Assembly (NCBI GenBank): GCA_951406725.2
Contig: OX597831.1
Span: 56,544,001-56,608,000, forward strand
Reading direction: 5' to 3'
Length of the DNA stretch: 64,000 bases
From: Octopus vulgaris
Taxonomy: Eukaryota
Both the position numbers and the translations under genes were made by a program. Under the pieces are notes generated by a model, which saw only the letters and a list, made by a program, of their open reading frames with translations, had not been told where the DNA came from and did no database searches. The stretch's first letter is position 1; every line of letters begins with the position of its first letter. Positions 28,569 through 42,400 of this stretch are shown one piece after another.

Positions 28569-28612
28569 CAAAGCACTTTCTTTGAGATCCAAGTTCTTTA
28601 AAACAGCATCAC
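28569..28612 (-). CDS. VPS13: VPS13A/C-like gene, internal coding exon (probable coding exon 2, 44 bp): (G)DAVLKNLDLKESAL
   Basis: Minus strand reads tgttacag|GT GAT GCT GTT TTA AAG AAC TTG GAT CTC AAA GAA AGT GCT TTG|gtaagt. The peptide matches the chorein-N motif that follows IGIWG. Splice sites are canonical and the phase joins the next exon. Confidence 0.9.
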
Positions 28613-31600
28613 CTGTAACAGAAACATAAATATCTTAGTACCATCAATGCTATTTTCAATTAATTAACATTATCATCATAATCTTTGTCATCACTCAACA
28701 TGCACTTTTCCATGCTGGCATGAGGCAGATGGAATTTGTTGAGGTGGATTTTCTACTGCCAGATGCCCTTCCTGTTGCCAACCCTCCATTGTTTCCAAAT
28801 CAGGTTATATTTGCCCATGACCAGACATTTCATAGAAGACTGGAAATGATGATGATGATGATGCTCATTTACAAGCATCATGTAATGTCTAGATAAGGCT
28901 ACACACAAACAAATGCATGCACAAATATATGACAGGCTTCTTTTCTGTCAGCCAAGTCCACTCACAAAGCTTTGGTTGGCTTGGTGCTATAGTAGAAGAC
29001 ACTTTCCCAAGGTGCCACACAGTGGGATTAAACTCAAGACCACAATGGTTAGGAAGCAAGTGTCTTTACCACACAGCCATGCCTGCATAGTCTTCTTTCC
29101 CTGAAACCTTTTATATGCCATGTGAATGTACATAACTTTCGGTTCCATTCCGTAAAAGTGATACAGACATTTCACCTGTGGATGGATACAGCAACTTAGT
29201 TTTTTTTTGGTTGATAAATCATTTTCAAGTTGATAGTCAGAGAAATACTAAAGAGTAATTTACCAAGATACAAACAGTACAATAACATTGAATTCAATAA
29301 CGAACTAAAAACAGCGTTTCTCCTACATTCTTCTTAAACTGGTATGATTATTATTATTATTAGTTACTTGATACCTTTTTTCTAACCAACTGTACAATTA
29401 TAGGCTGACCAGGCCTATTGATACTAGGAATCTTGTTAGCTTTGAGCAAAATAATCAGTTTTACAGTGACCCCACTGCTCATAGTGGTAAGCTGTATATA
29501 TACTTATATATACCGTTACTTAGTGGTTTGGCAAAAGAGACCGATAGAATAAGTACTGGGCTTTCAAAAGAATAAGTCCCGGGGTCGAGTTGCTCGATTA
29601 AAGGCGGTGTTCCAGCATGGCCGCAGTCAAGTGACTGAAACAAGTAAAAGAGTAAAAGAGTTACTAGTGACTTAAACAAGCAAAGATTAAGTAACAATGG
29701 CCCCAAACTAGAGATGCAATATGAACTGCTCACTCTTGAGTTAGAAAGAGGGCACTTGCTGAACCAGCTGCAACTTGATCTTAGACATGCTGATGCCTTA
29801 TTAATTCTCTCCAGACCCTCATCCATAGCCAATAAAGGAATCCTTAAATCAAGCATGGGCAACCATTTTTTGAGAAGTGGACTGCATGAGACATGACTCA
29901 TCATCAGGTGGACTACACTACTAAAAAACAATTCAAGGTAATTTTTCATCAGGTGTGCCAGTCAGAAGGCTCTATGAGCCTCAGTTTGCCCATGACTGCT
30001 ATTTCTAGCAGGTTAAACTACTATTTACAACAGTTAAATTCCCTTCAAACTTTGATCATAGGTTTGCTCTGTTAAAGTTGACCTGGAGCTAAACAACAAT
30101 AAGAACAAAAAAGAATAGATCCTGTCCTTTCATCACCTATTGTAAAATGATAGGGACATTGCAAGTGATAAGTGCCAAAAGTACCAAAAGAGCCTCTAAG
30201 TAGTCACACAACCAGCTAGAAGTAGAAACTAAATATCCCTTAAATCACGACCTATCATCCTTAAAAAACAAAGACATGTTGGATGATTTAGTGCTTGATA
30301 CATTATAACAGGGCGGGTGAAGTGGGGGCATACAGACATGGTCACAGCTGCAGCATTATGATCAGAATTGACCTGAAACTAGGCAATAAAAACACTAACA
30401 ACAGCAACTAGTATTCTAAAAGACAATAAATAAATAAAATATAGCAAAACTATAGTAATATACTTCATACAGAAATTTTACTGAGGTGTATAATATGCAC
30501 AGGTTCGTACCAGTTTTGGTGACAGGTATATATTGTAAATAGTGTACTCCAGTCCATCCTAATTTTGATAAGTGATTGATGCAGTAATAATATAGCACAA
30601 TTAAAAAGCCTTTAAGAATATTGACCATTAAAAGCTCACTTATGAATGATTGATTTTATTCAATAAGAAAGAAGTGCCGGTAAACAAGCAAGGCTTGTAT
30701 TACATAAATAGTAGATTTGAACTGTAAGGAAACAATGTCTATGATAATAGCATGTGTTAGATTGATTTTATTAAGAATTATTAAGATAAATTACATTCAT
30801 AACTCTGGTGCAGTAAAGAAAACTATCAACTAGACATGTTAAAGAAATTGATATTTGTATGAACCGAGTGTTCTGAAGGAAACTAGAAAGACTTTTCAAG
30901 TTTTGTATTGAGAATAAAGTTGATAGATTATGTCCATAACAGTGTATGAGGTGTAAATGAAATAACTCAGATGGAAGTCAAACCTGTATAGCAGACATTA
31001 TTCACCACCCTTCAGCATTTACAAGTTACATTAAAAAAAGAATGGGGAAAAAAACCCCTTTATTCATTAGAATCTGAAAAAACAATTCTTTCTAATTTTG
31101 GCATGAGGTCAACAGCTCTTGTGGGAAGTGGTGTAGGTTGATTACATTGCACCCAGTACTTGACTAGTACTATATTTTATTGACCATGAAAGGATGAAAG
31201 GTAAAGTTGACCTTGGAAGAATTTCTGCTCAGGATGCAAAGAGCACTATGAAGGCCATCATAGTGAAGTGAGAGAGAGATTCACTGAAAAAGTTGTAAAT
31301 GGTGATGAAAGACATTTGACAAACAGTGATTTCCCAAGGAGATTCCCAGCATTGACCTTTCCATGGCTCTTTGTGCTGTTACTAAGTGCTGTCCTCCCTC
31401 TTTGTCGTCACCCACATTTCATCTGCATAGAGCATTGAGGGCAGAGCCATGCTGTTGAAGAGATTTGTATGAATGACTTTGTTGAGGTTCACTTTCATGA
31501 GGAAGAGTAAAAGTGAAATCATAATTGTTCATTAGCATTCAGATTACTCTGTCAAATGTAATACTTATTTATTCACATTGTTTTGAATTAATCATGCACT

Positions 31601-32197
31601 ATCTCATTATCTCTTATTTGATGATGTGATTGTTTATTTTTAAAATGACATTGTAGGATAGGTGTAAGAGGCAAGACCTGGCCAGTTTGAACATAAAACA
31701 GGTAGTATATTTGGGCCAGACATGGTCAGTTTAAATGTTAAGGGGTTAAGTTCAGTGGCTCTCAAACAGGGCACTACATTATATTATGTGCTTATGAGAT
31801 CTAGCTAAGTTTGTTGTAAAAATAAAATTTAGCTTTAAAAAAATTCAAAAAATAAAAATACTAAATTTTAAGTTTTAACTCTGATATTTATTGAATAAAG
31901 AAATATACTTAATCTTCTGTAATTTAAATTTTCTTTCATTATTAAAAATTTCTAAAAATTATTTTTATTTGTTTTAGTCATTTGACTGCAGCCATACTGG
32001 AGCACCACCTTAAAGGGGTTTTTAGTCAAAGAAATTGACCCCAGGACTTATTTTTTTGTAAGCTTAGTACTTATCCTATTGTCTCTTTGGCTGAATCACT
32101 AAGTTACAAGGGTGTAAATGCACCAACATTGGTGTTGAACGATGGTGGGAGGACAAAGAAAGACACAATGACACTCACACATAAATATATACATTAC

Positions 32198-32234
<37 letters not shown>

Positions 32235-32968
32235 GGGGGGACCCCCTTCGGTCACGACACTGACCTAGAAAGTTATCCTCCTAGTCACAAGTCTGGGCAA
32301 GATGGTTTATGGAAGACCAGCAGTCGCCCATGCATACCGGCCTCCCCTCTCCACGCCACCAGTTTTATCCAAGGGAAAGGCAAAGGCCTACACAGCTTGG
32401 CACCCGTGATGTCGCAACTCATTTCTACAGCTGAGTGAACTGGAGCAACGTGAAATAAAGTGTCTTGCTCAAGAACACATACATATATATATGTATGTAT
32501 GTATGTACATGACAGGCTTCCCTCAGTTTCTGTCTGCCAAATCCACTCAAGGCTTTGGTCATAACAAGGCTTATAGTGGAAGACACTTGCTCAACGTGCC
32601 ATGCAGTGGGACCAAAACTGGAACCATGTGATTAGGAAGCAAGCTTTTTACCACACAGTCATGCCTTATATTTATTACATTTACAGGCTAAAATATGTAA
32701 ATATATGTTTGCTTGTTTTTTTTAAAATATAGCTTTGAGTTTATGTACTAATAGCTTTTATTTGATTTAAAGTAATATATATATATATCATCATCATCAT
32801 CATTTAGTGTCCGCTTTCCATGCTAGCATGGGTTGGACGGTTCAACTGGGGTCTGTGAAGCCAGAAGGCTGCATCAGGCCCAGTCTGATCTGGCAGTGTT
32901 TCTACGGCTGGATGCCCTTCCTAACGCCAACCACTCTGTGAGTGTAGTGGGTGCTTTTTACGTGCCAC

Positions 32969-33017
<49 letters not shown>

Positions 33018-33939
33018 GCTTGGAGAACTACTGCAATAATCCAATGGTAAAAATGTTTTCTACAATAAGCACAAGGTCTAAAATTTATTGGGAGGGTGCT
33101 AGTTGATTACATTGATCCCAGTGCACAACTGGTACTTATTTTATTGAACTTGAAGGGATGAAAGATAAAAATCAATCTTGGCAGACTTAAACTCAGAATG
33201 TAATACAATGATAAATTACTTAATTTTATTTTGGATTTTGTCGCCAACACCTGTGTAACATTTCTTCATATACTCTCATAAAAAAAAAAAGGGTAGGAAA
33301 ACTATCTATATTGTAAATATATTGGTGTTGTAATTGGAGTTGTTAAATAACAATGCCTTCTGTAAAGTCAGCAGGAGCAGAATTCATTCATTATTAACAC
33401 CAGCTGCTGAACAGAAATTTCTATAAATAGAGACTGCAGTAAAAAAAAAAAAAAAGCACCATACACTATGTCAAAACATAAATGAACCAAACTCTGTTAA
33501 GCTGGACAGGATAAATGATGAGAGAAATAACATAGCTGTATTTTATAATAAATAAGAATGCATACAAGCATATATTTTAGCACACACATGGATACACACA
33601 CCCACCTGTTTTCACACATACAAAATAGTGTTCCCAAACATTCCTGATGGATGGAAGAGTTGACCAAACAGTAGTAGTTCACTAGGGTGAATAGTTTTCA
33701 ACTATGGTTTAAAGGTTCAAATTAGAACCTTTTTTTTAACAGTGTCCATTATAGCTATGAGGGAAGCAATGATTAAAATAAATAGCAGTAAGGTACTTGA
33801 GCCATTTCAACATTCAAAAATGGCCAACTCACAATCATACATACCAACTCAACTGCATATTTACAAACACTGGGAATCCCCTTAATTCAAAACTTCTTGT
33901 TGCTTTGTTAAGAACTGGCTTGATCTCTCTCAAGAAGAA

Positions 33940-34003
<64 letters not shown>

Positions 34004-34072
34004 TGTATGTATGCTTTCGGTACGAATGGTTTTTTATATGGCACTGAGTTTACAATCCTGTAAATAATAATA

Positions 34073-34311
34073 ATGATATTTTTATATAAGCTTAAAGCTT
34101 ATGGCAATCACCGTGTAATGACTAAGGAAAATAGTCTATAAAGGGGCATATAAGTCCTCAACAGAAAAAAAGAAGGCTTTCCTATCCACGTAGACCCGAA
34201 AGCCTTCTTTTTTGCTATAGAGGGCTTATATACCCCTTTATTAAACTATTTTCCTTAGTCATTGCACAGTGGTGATTGTGATAAGCTTAAAGCTTATATG
34301 AAAAATACCAT
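34073..34311. mobile_element. Palindromic (hairpin) MITE-like element with ~110-bp arms and a 16-nt loop
   Basis: 34073-34181 is the reverse complement of 34198-34311 (e.g. GACTAAGGAAAATAGT/ACTATTTTCCTTAGTC, AAAAAAGAAGGCTTTC/GAAAGCCTTCTTTTTT). Confidence 0.8.
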
Positions 34312-34689
34312 ATATCAACCCCAGTGATAAACCCCGAGAGGATGAAAGGTAAAATGGACCTCAGCGGAATTTGAACTCAGAACGTAAAGATGGATGAAAT
34401 GCTGCAATGCATTTTGCCTGACATGCTAATGATTCTGCCAGCATCCACCTAACCACTCAATTTATCTGAAGTCAAAGAGGAAAATGCTTGTCAGTCAAGC
34501 AGATTATTGATAAGATTTAAATGTCCTACATCAAATGAATTATTAATCACTGTAGCAACACCTGACTATTCAGCTTGTTAACGTCATTACAACTATAGAG
34601 TCTTAATTATCCAATTAAAAAGTCTATAATTTTGTATATATTTGAAAACTAAAAAAAAAAAAAAAAAAAAAAATCAAAGCAAATAATGA

Positions 34690-35195
34690 TATAATGAACT
34701 TGTATACAGCGCTCAGGTGCACTGCAACTCATCAGAAAAAGTAACCAAAACTGCATGAACAGTACATAGAACATGTGCAGAAAGTGAACACTTCAGTTTT
34801 TTTAAAAAAAAAACAATAAGGAAGAAGGACATCAGGTGTACTGTTGGCAAATTTCAGGAAGTATGGAAGTTATGAAGGACGTAGTGTACTAACAGCTAAC
34901 AACTGATGGAGGTAATTTATTCCATGCTTCAGCAATTCTGAGCATGAAAAACTCATAGGTACTGTATTGTTTTTTTGATTTTGTAAGCATGTCCATGAGT
35001 GATAGACATATGGAATTCAAAAAGGTGCCCAAGGTTGTTGTTGGAAAGATGGTGGAAATCTTGTGGGTGTCTACCAAGTCAGTTGCCAGATGTTGGAACT
35101 TTAATGTGCCCATGCCCAGGGAAACAAGACGTTCAGAGTATGGTAGTTGTCTGATGGTTGGTATGTGTCTGGTTGCACATTTCTGAACGGTTTCA
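34690..35195 (-). mobile_element. CR1/L2-like LINE 3' end
   Basis: ORF 34889..35221: VQKCATRHIP..LPYSERLVSLG...DLVDTHKI...FFMLRIAEAWNKLPPSVV, matching the VQxxATR / Y.ERL / WN.LP C-terminal signature. Confidence 0.8.
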
Positions 35196-36312
35196 GTGGT
35201 TATTTTTGTAAGACAAGTCAAGTTATATAGTTTTGTCCAGATAAAATACTTGTACTAAATCATATGCACCCACACAAATAATGTTTGCAAATTTTTGGCC
35301 GAATGCCAGCAATTTTGAGAAGAGGGTGTCAGTCAATAACATCAACTCTAATGCTTAACTGACACTTATTTTATCGAGCCCCAAAAGAATGAAAGGAAAA
35401 ATTGACTTTTGTGAGATTTGAACACAGGATATAAAAGAACCAGAGGAATTACCACTAAGCCTTTTGTCCGATATGCTAACAATTCTGCTTGCTTGCCACC
35501 TTGACACAATAACAAATAATGAGAATTTCATTTACTCATAAAGCATTTTTTGCTACATGGCCATTAATTTTCTGTAAAAGGTTAGAGTATACTAACTAGT
35601 ATATTGATAGTGAAAGAAGCTACTGCAATGAGATTTAAACAAGTGACTCACCAAACATAATACTGCAAAGCAGATCTAAATATTATACAAACTGCAAGCT
35701 ATATCCAGCATACTGCAGCATGCCAAAATGAATTATAGAATGTCTTTTTCTTTACTACTTCTTGTAGGTTCTACAGCTTATTTCTTCTTTTTCTTTTCAC
35801 AAATATTTATCTGTTGTTGTTTAGTTCCAAGCTGGTCCTGACCAAGCAGGCCTATTCATCATTATCATAATTTTTTTCTTCTTTTTTACACTGTTTTAAC
35901 ATCTACTTTTCCATGCTTGCATGGGTCAGAAGAAATTCATTGAGGTAGATTGTTTTTTTTTCAAAGTAAGATGCCCTTTATGTCACTGACCTGTTTCCAA
36001 GCAAGAAAATATTTTTGCTTGGTTGGACATGGCTTCAGGGAAGATTGGAAACAACTATTGTATGATAAGACAAGGAGATACCGACAAACAAACACACACA
36101 CAGACACATATATACAATGGGCTCCTTCCCATTTCCATCTACCAAATCCTCTCACAAGACTTTGATTGTCCCAGATCTATAGTAGAAAACACTTGCCTAA
36201 AGTGCCATGTAGTAGGACTGAACCCGAAACCATGCAATCATGGTTAGGAAGCGAATTTCTTAACCACATAGCTAACCATACCTACATATATGATTAAAAT
36301 AATTCAAACAAC

Positions 36313-36727
36313 ATGGCTGTGTGGTAAGAAGCTTCCTTCCTAACCACATGATTCTGGTTTCAATCCCACTGCATAGCACTTTAAGCAAGTGTCTTCTACT
36401 ATACCTTTGGGCTGACCAAAGCCTTGTGAGTGGATTTGGTAGACAGAAACAGAAAGAAACCCATCGTATATGTGTGTGTGTGTGTGTGTGTCTTTGCATC
36501 AGTAAGCACCTCCCACCACCACCACCACTTGACAACCAGTGTTGGTATGTTTATATCCCTGTAACTTAGCCATATGGTAAAAGAGACTGACAGAATAAGC
36601 ATTAGGATTTAAAAAAAAAAATAGTAAGTACTGGGGTTGATACATTTGACTAAAAATTCTTCAATGCAGTGCCCCAGCATGGCTGCAGCCTAATGACTGA
36701 AACATGTGAAAGAAAAAGATAAAAGAT
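36313..36727 (+). mobile_element. tRNA-derived SINE, same family as 13921-14335
   Basis: ATGGCTGTGTGGTAAGAAGC...GCCTTGTGAGTGGATTTGGTAGAC...(TG)n...GACTGAAAC...AAAAGAT. Confidence 0.88.
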
Positions 36728-38924
36728 AATGACCTTCCCACCTCTTTAAATTTTTTTCAGGACTAGTGTAACTTTAGACTATATCATCCAGTGAATCCAT
36801 TCTTTAAGATGGCAAAGTATGCCTTGAAGGAGACTTAAATATTGCTTCTATCAAATATTTTGTAGAGGCTCTCTCATAGCCTCACAGATATTTTTCACAA
36901 AAAGTAATATACAAATATTGATTTACTTTGACAAAGTATAAAGTCCATTTTTGTAAGGGAAAGCTATTATCAATTGAACTTTGTCCAGTTATCATCTATT
37001 TCACCTAAACTATGATTTAGAAATAAAAATGCAAATATTGAAACTTGTCTTTTATTTGTTTCAATCATTGGAATGCAGCCATCCATGGGCACTACCTTGA
37101 AGGGTTTAGTCAAACAAACAGACTCAGGTACTTATTATTTTTAAAGTTCAGTATTTATTCTATCAGTACAAGGTTAGTAATTCTCTAAATCAATGCCAGT
37201 ATAATACTGTGATACTTATTTTATCAACCCTGAATGAAAGAGAAAGTTTACTACAGTGGGATACAAACTCAGAATACAAAGATATGCAACAAAACATTGC
37301 AAGGTATTTTGTCCAATGCTCTACTAACTCAGCAATTCCACTGTGTAGGTGATTATACTGAGACCAGTATGCCACTGATTTTTATTCAAGTTTCCCAGAA
37401 TGATGACAGGTAAAATCAACTTACTATATTTACTTGTGTATGAGTTGCTGAGACAAGGCAACTCGCACCAATCTCTTCAACAGTACAGTCTTGCCTGCAA
37501 TGTTATACACATGTGAGACTTAGGCCTTGTCAAAGGGAGAAGAACAATATCTGCTTATGGTGCAGTGAGCCATGGAAAGGTTGATGTTGGGAATCTTGCT
37601 AAGAGATCACATCTGGAACAAGGAGACCAATGATAGAACTGGAGTGAAGGATCTCATCATATCCAGCCAAAATATTTTACCTGCTTTATGTTCAAACTGA
37701 CCAGATCTGGCCCTTCACACCTACCCTACAATGTTACTCTAAAAATAAACGTCCCCATGTTGCAAGGTTCATAGACAATCAGTGGACATATGCAGTTGTT
37801 AAGCGGTACCTGTGCGAACAGAAAAAACTGCTTGGAAGACCTCCAATCAGGTAGGAAGATGATTTAAAGAAAGGTGTTTGGAACAACGTGAAGGAGAATG
37901 GTGAGAGCATGAAAGGAATGGAGCAAATGCTGTGGCCAAGAGAGCCTGGCCAATCTAGGTGATCCAGGTGATAAGTTGCATTATTTTATACTCAATTTTT
38001 AACTAAAAGGAAAAGAAAAATAACTGGTGTGTAACTTATACATGGGGCAAAGCTAATAACAAGTTTGAATATGAAGAGAAAAAGAAATTTGTTCCATGAT
38101 TTAACATTAAATTAGGGGTATGACATACTTGAGTAGATATAGTAATTAGGTTTTGTATTTAAGTATTCAAGTTACTCTGTCAAATGTAATGCTTATTTAT
38201 TCACATTGTTTTGAATTAATCATGCATTATTTCATAGCTTTGAGATTTAATGATGTGACTGCTTATTTTTTTGGTATGACGTTGTAGGATATATGTATGA
38301 GAGGCTGGATCTGGTTGGTTTGAGTATAAAGCTAAACTTTCTTTTACATTCTTTTATTTATTTCAGCCATGAAGCTGCAGTTATGCAAGAGCACCACTGT
38401 GGTGGAATATTTGGGCCAGATATGACCAGTTTAACTCTTCAGCCTCTCTCTCTCGCTATGTGGTGTCGGTTCTCCCTCTGTTTTCACTGTCTCTCTCTCT
38501 CTCTCTCTCTCTCGGTATATATCTCACCTTCACTCGCTTCCACAGGCTTAGCCAATACCGCAGGATGAAAAACATCAGCTAAGTTCCCGACCTGTTTCCT
38601 CTTTTCATTGTTTTTGCAAGCCTTATTATTATTGTATTCCCATATATTAGCGTTATCGTTGTCTTTCGTCTCAAATGCTAGCTGAAGCATAAAAACTTTC
38701 ACTCACAAAAACTTATTCACACCACCTGCAAAGCATTTCATCTCAATCCTGTCTTCTTTCTGCCGCCTAAAAACCTCATCTTCTCCCAATGCACGGTGCG
38801 CCCACCCTCCCACCCCCACCACCAATACCGGTGAACACTGTTCTCACCATCTACACCGGATACCCCCTCTTATGTTTCTCTATCTGTCTAACTATTTATC
38901 AAATTTCTCTATCTATCTAATTTC

Positions 38925-38956
<32 letters not shown>

Positions 38957-39237
38957 CATTCGTCTAAAATCAAACTTCGTATCTTCGCGGTGCACCCGCC
39001 CTGCCCACCCCCACCACCAATACCGGATATCTCTATATTTTGCTCCATCTATACCGGATGTCGCTTCTCCCACCACCATTATAGGTGTCTACTCTTCGAA
39101 CCCCCTCTTCAATACGCTATTTCACCATGCATTACCCCTCTCTCGATATCCTACGTTCTACTTGCCTAGAACCTGTCATCATTTCTCTGAACCACCCCTC
39201 CCCACTGGTGCTCCCCTATATTTCTGCACCCCCCCCC

Positions 39238-39483
39238 CACATAAAAAGCACCATCCAAACGTGGCCGATGCCAGACCCCTCTGGCACCTGTGCAGGTGGC
39301 ACGTAAAAAACACCCACTACACTCGCGGAGTGGTTGGCGTTAGGAAGGGCATCCAGCTGTAGAAACACTGCCAGACTAGACTGGAGCCTGGGGCAGTCCC
39401 GAGCTCCCCAGACCCCGGTCGAAACCGTCCAACCCGTGCTAGCGCGGAAAACGGACGTTAAATGATGATGATGATGATGATGA
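39238..39483 (+). mobile_element. 3' part of a (GAT)n-tailed SINE/LINE-tail repeat family
   Basis: GGAGTGGTTGGCGTTAGGAAGGGCATCCAGCTGTAGAAAC...CCGTCCAACCCGTGCTAGC...AAACGGACGTTAAA(TGA)n. Copies near 10880-11156, 22050, 22950, 25060, 32788(-), 43440(-), 49115-49520 and 58210. Confidence 0.8.
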
Positions 39484-42400
39484 TATCCAGCCAAAATATT
39501 CTACCTGCTTTATGTTCAAACTGACCAGATCTGGCCCCTCACACCTACCCTACAATTTTACTCTAAAAATAAACTTCCCATTCATAAAAAATTTGAAGCT
39601 GTGGAATAATGCATAATTAATTCAAACCAGTGTAAATAAGCAAAAATTACTTTTGCCAGAGTAATCTGAATGCTAAAGGGTTAAAACAATAAATCACTAA
39701 ACATGGTAAGCACCTAACCCAGTTCTCTACTTTCACAATCTCTCTTACTTTATGCAAGCACCAAAACTGTACAGTTCTTAAAACTATATAATCATTATAG
39801 TACCTTTTAATTAGGACTGGATGCAAACACAAATAACCTATGGAACACAGGACCTTTCATTTTTTTTTTATTCATCTAATGTTATCCATGTTCATCTTCT
39901 GTAATTAACTTTCAATATCTAATACTCTAATTCTATTATCTGCAACTGACACTGCAGATGACATTATTCACAATTCACTTCTATTCTAAATGTAATTGCC
40001 TTTAGCATTACGATTCATTAGAAATATTGACCATTGACTCAAAGATTGCCAGCTATTACTTCCAATAGGTTTTGAAACAGGAAATAGAAGGAATGGAATA
40101 ATTAATTAAATATATAAAATAAATGAAATATAGTACAATACAATTTAATGTTACTACATTTGTTGTTGTTTAACTCCTAGTTCTGCTTTGATGAAACAGA
40201 ATGATGATATCCAGTCTTATTTTTTCAATTTTTACTAGATCCTCCTCCTCTTCCTCCTCATCATTATTACTGTTTTAACACCCACTCTTCCATGCTTGCA
40301 TGGGTCAGATTGAATTTGTTGTGGCAGATTTTCTATAGCTAGATGCCTTCCCTATTGTCAACCTATACCAAGTAAGATAATATCTCTCTATGAACAGACA
40401 TTTTCACAGAAAATTGAAAGCAAAGGACACCACTGGCATGATGATGACACTCATTTACAACTATCATAAAATGTTAAGGCAAGGAGACAGTAACACACAC
40501 ACATGGTTTTATTCATTTTCTGCCAACTAAATCCACTAACAATGCTTTGATCAGCCCATGCCTACAATAGAAGACGCATGTGGTTGGGAAGCAAACTTCT
40601 TACCACCCAGCCATGCTAACACCTTTAAATAAAATATATACCACTATATTTTACTGAATGACTGCTTCTTTTAAGACGACAGATGTAATCTGAAGAAGAT
40701 TTGACTTATTAACAGCATGTCAAGTTACTTTTCAGGGACCTCCCTCTTACATGACTCATGCAGTCAAGCACATCTATTGTACATGACTCATGTCATCAGA
40801 CAGGTCTCTTTTAAACCTTGGAAAGATGAAAAAAGATATAATTAATGTAGCCGGCATTCTTTCACATGCTGGCTGCATTTACATCCAACTGCATACATAT
40901 CCTGCTGCTTGCACAAGCTAACTACATGTGAGCACAAGCACACACACACACATGCATAAAAGAAAACTTGATGCAGCAGATGAAGCTAGTTTGCATTTTG
41001 AATTGGCAATGGGATTCTAGAAGTACTATGCTTTAATTACTATCACTAAGTGAAATTGTATTGTTAATTTGTATTTTAATCACAAAATTAGATAAACTAT
41101 GAACATTTTTAACAGGTAAAAGGGACATTGAAATGGTAAAAAAAAAAAATAGAATTAGCAGAACATTAAAACATATTACAGGTCATTACATATACCGGTC
41201 TTCCTACATTTTCTACCCACTCGCAAGTTTGGATTTTCTTAACAATAAGAAGCTGAAATTCTGAGCCAACTATATAAAGATAACTAATTCTCCAGAGACC
41301 TGTTTAGCTGGATGCAGTAGCATAGAGAAAGAAAAGTGCTGGCATGCTACCAACATTGTACTGGCAGTGCTCTCAACACCAGTCAGCTAGTTGTAAGCCA
41401 AGTAGAAAAACAAAACTATGAACAGCAGGGGGAACTAATACTACTGCTGCTGAAATATATAACAAGATGCAACTGTCAGCTTTTCTTGTGTCTCCAAGTT
41501 GTAGTTGTCAGAAGCATTAGGATTCAAGTCTGGTGGTGGTAGGGATAAAACACTGTGTGTATCTAGGGTCCACTACTGTCCTGAGCTCTATCAAATCAAG
41601 CTGAGGTGAAGTTGCCAGGCACCTATTTACCATGTATGGCCACACGAAGACTTAGTGGGAGTCTTCATGAGAAAGAGGCAATACACTGGCAGAGGTTGCT
41701 TCCCAGTTCACCTCATGAGCTAGCCAGCAGCAGCAAATTGGAAACTAGATGGTAAATCTAGTTTTTTTACCATTTGTTCCAAACAGGTGAAAAGTATCAA
41801 TACACCTAGCTCACCAATTATTTGTTATTACACTAAGACACATCATGCTATACTGTGAAAAACATGTGTGTGTGTGTGTGTAGATATACATCCCAGAACT
41901 GTAGAGTCATAGTTATGGAATCAAGGGCAAGTATTAGGTTAGTGAAGTTAGTGGTGACTGTTGTTCCATATAGTGCCTCACACATCACCTCACCAGCTAC
42001 CTACATTGTTCCATATCCTACTGAAATCAAAGTGGTCAGACACTGCAACACAAGGTGGCCTGTGTCTTTTGGGGAGATACTTGACATGCTGAGCATAGAG
42101 GAGATTCACAATATCTCCATCAATGCAATTAAACCATTGTTCTGCTGTGGTCTCATCTCATTCTGTTTCAATATCTATCGATTACTTTCTGGCTTGACTC
42201 CAGAAATTAGGCAGTAGTTCATTGAATAATGTCTCCAACCAGGCCATACCACTGAAAGGGTGTTCCTTCGATTTGTTTCACCAGTTGTAAATAAATGTTG
42301 AAGTTTTTCTCTACTAATTTCTAGAAAGGTCTTAACCCTTTAGCTTTCAGGTTACTTTGTCAAATGCAATACTTATTTATTCACATTGTTTTGGATTTAT

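Noticed and set aside
41260-42300. GC-richer stretch that may be a decayed LINE endonuclease region (also about 24040-24410 and 59215-59590)
   Set aside because: No diagnostic motif could be read with confidence. It needs a translated search.
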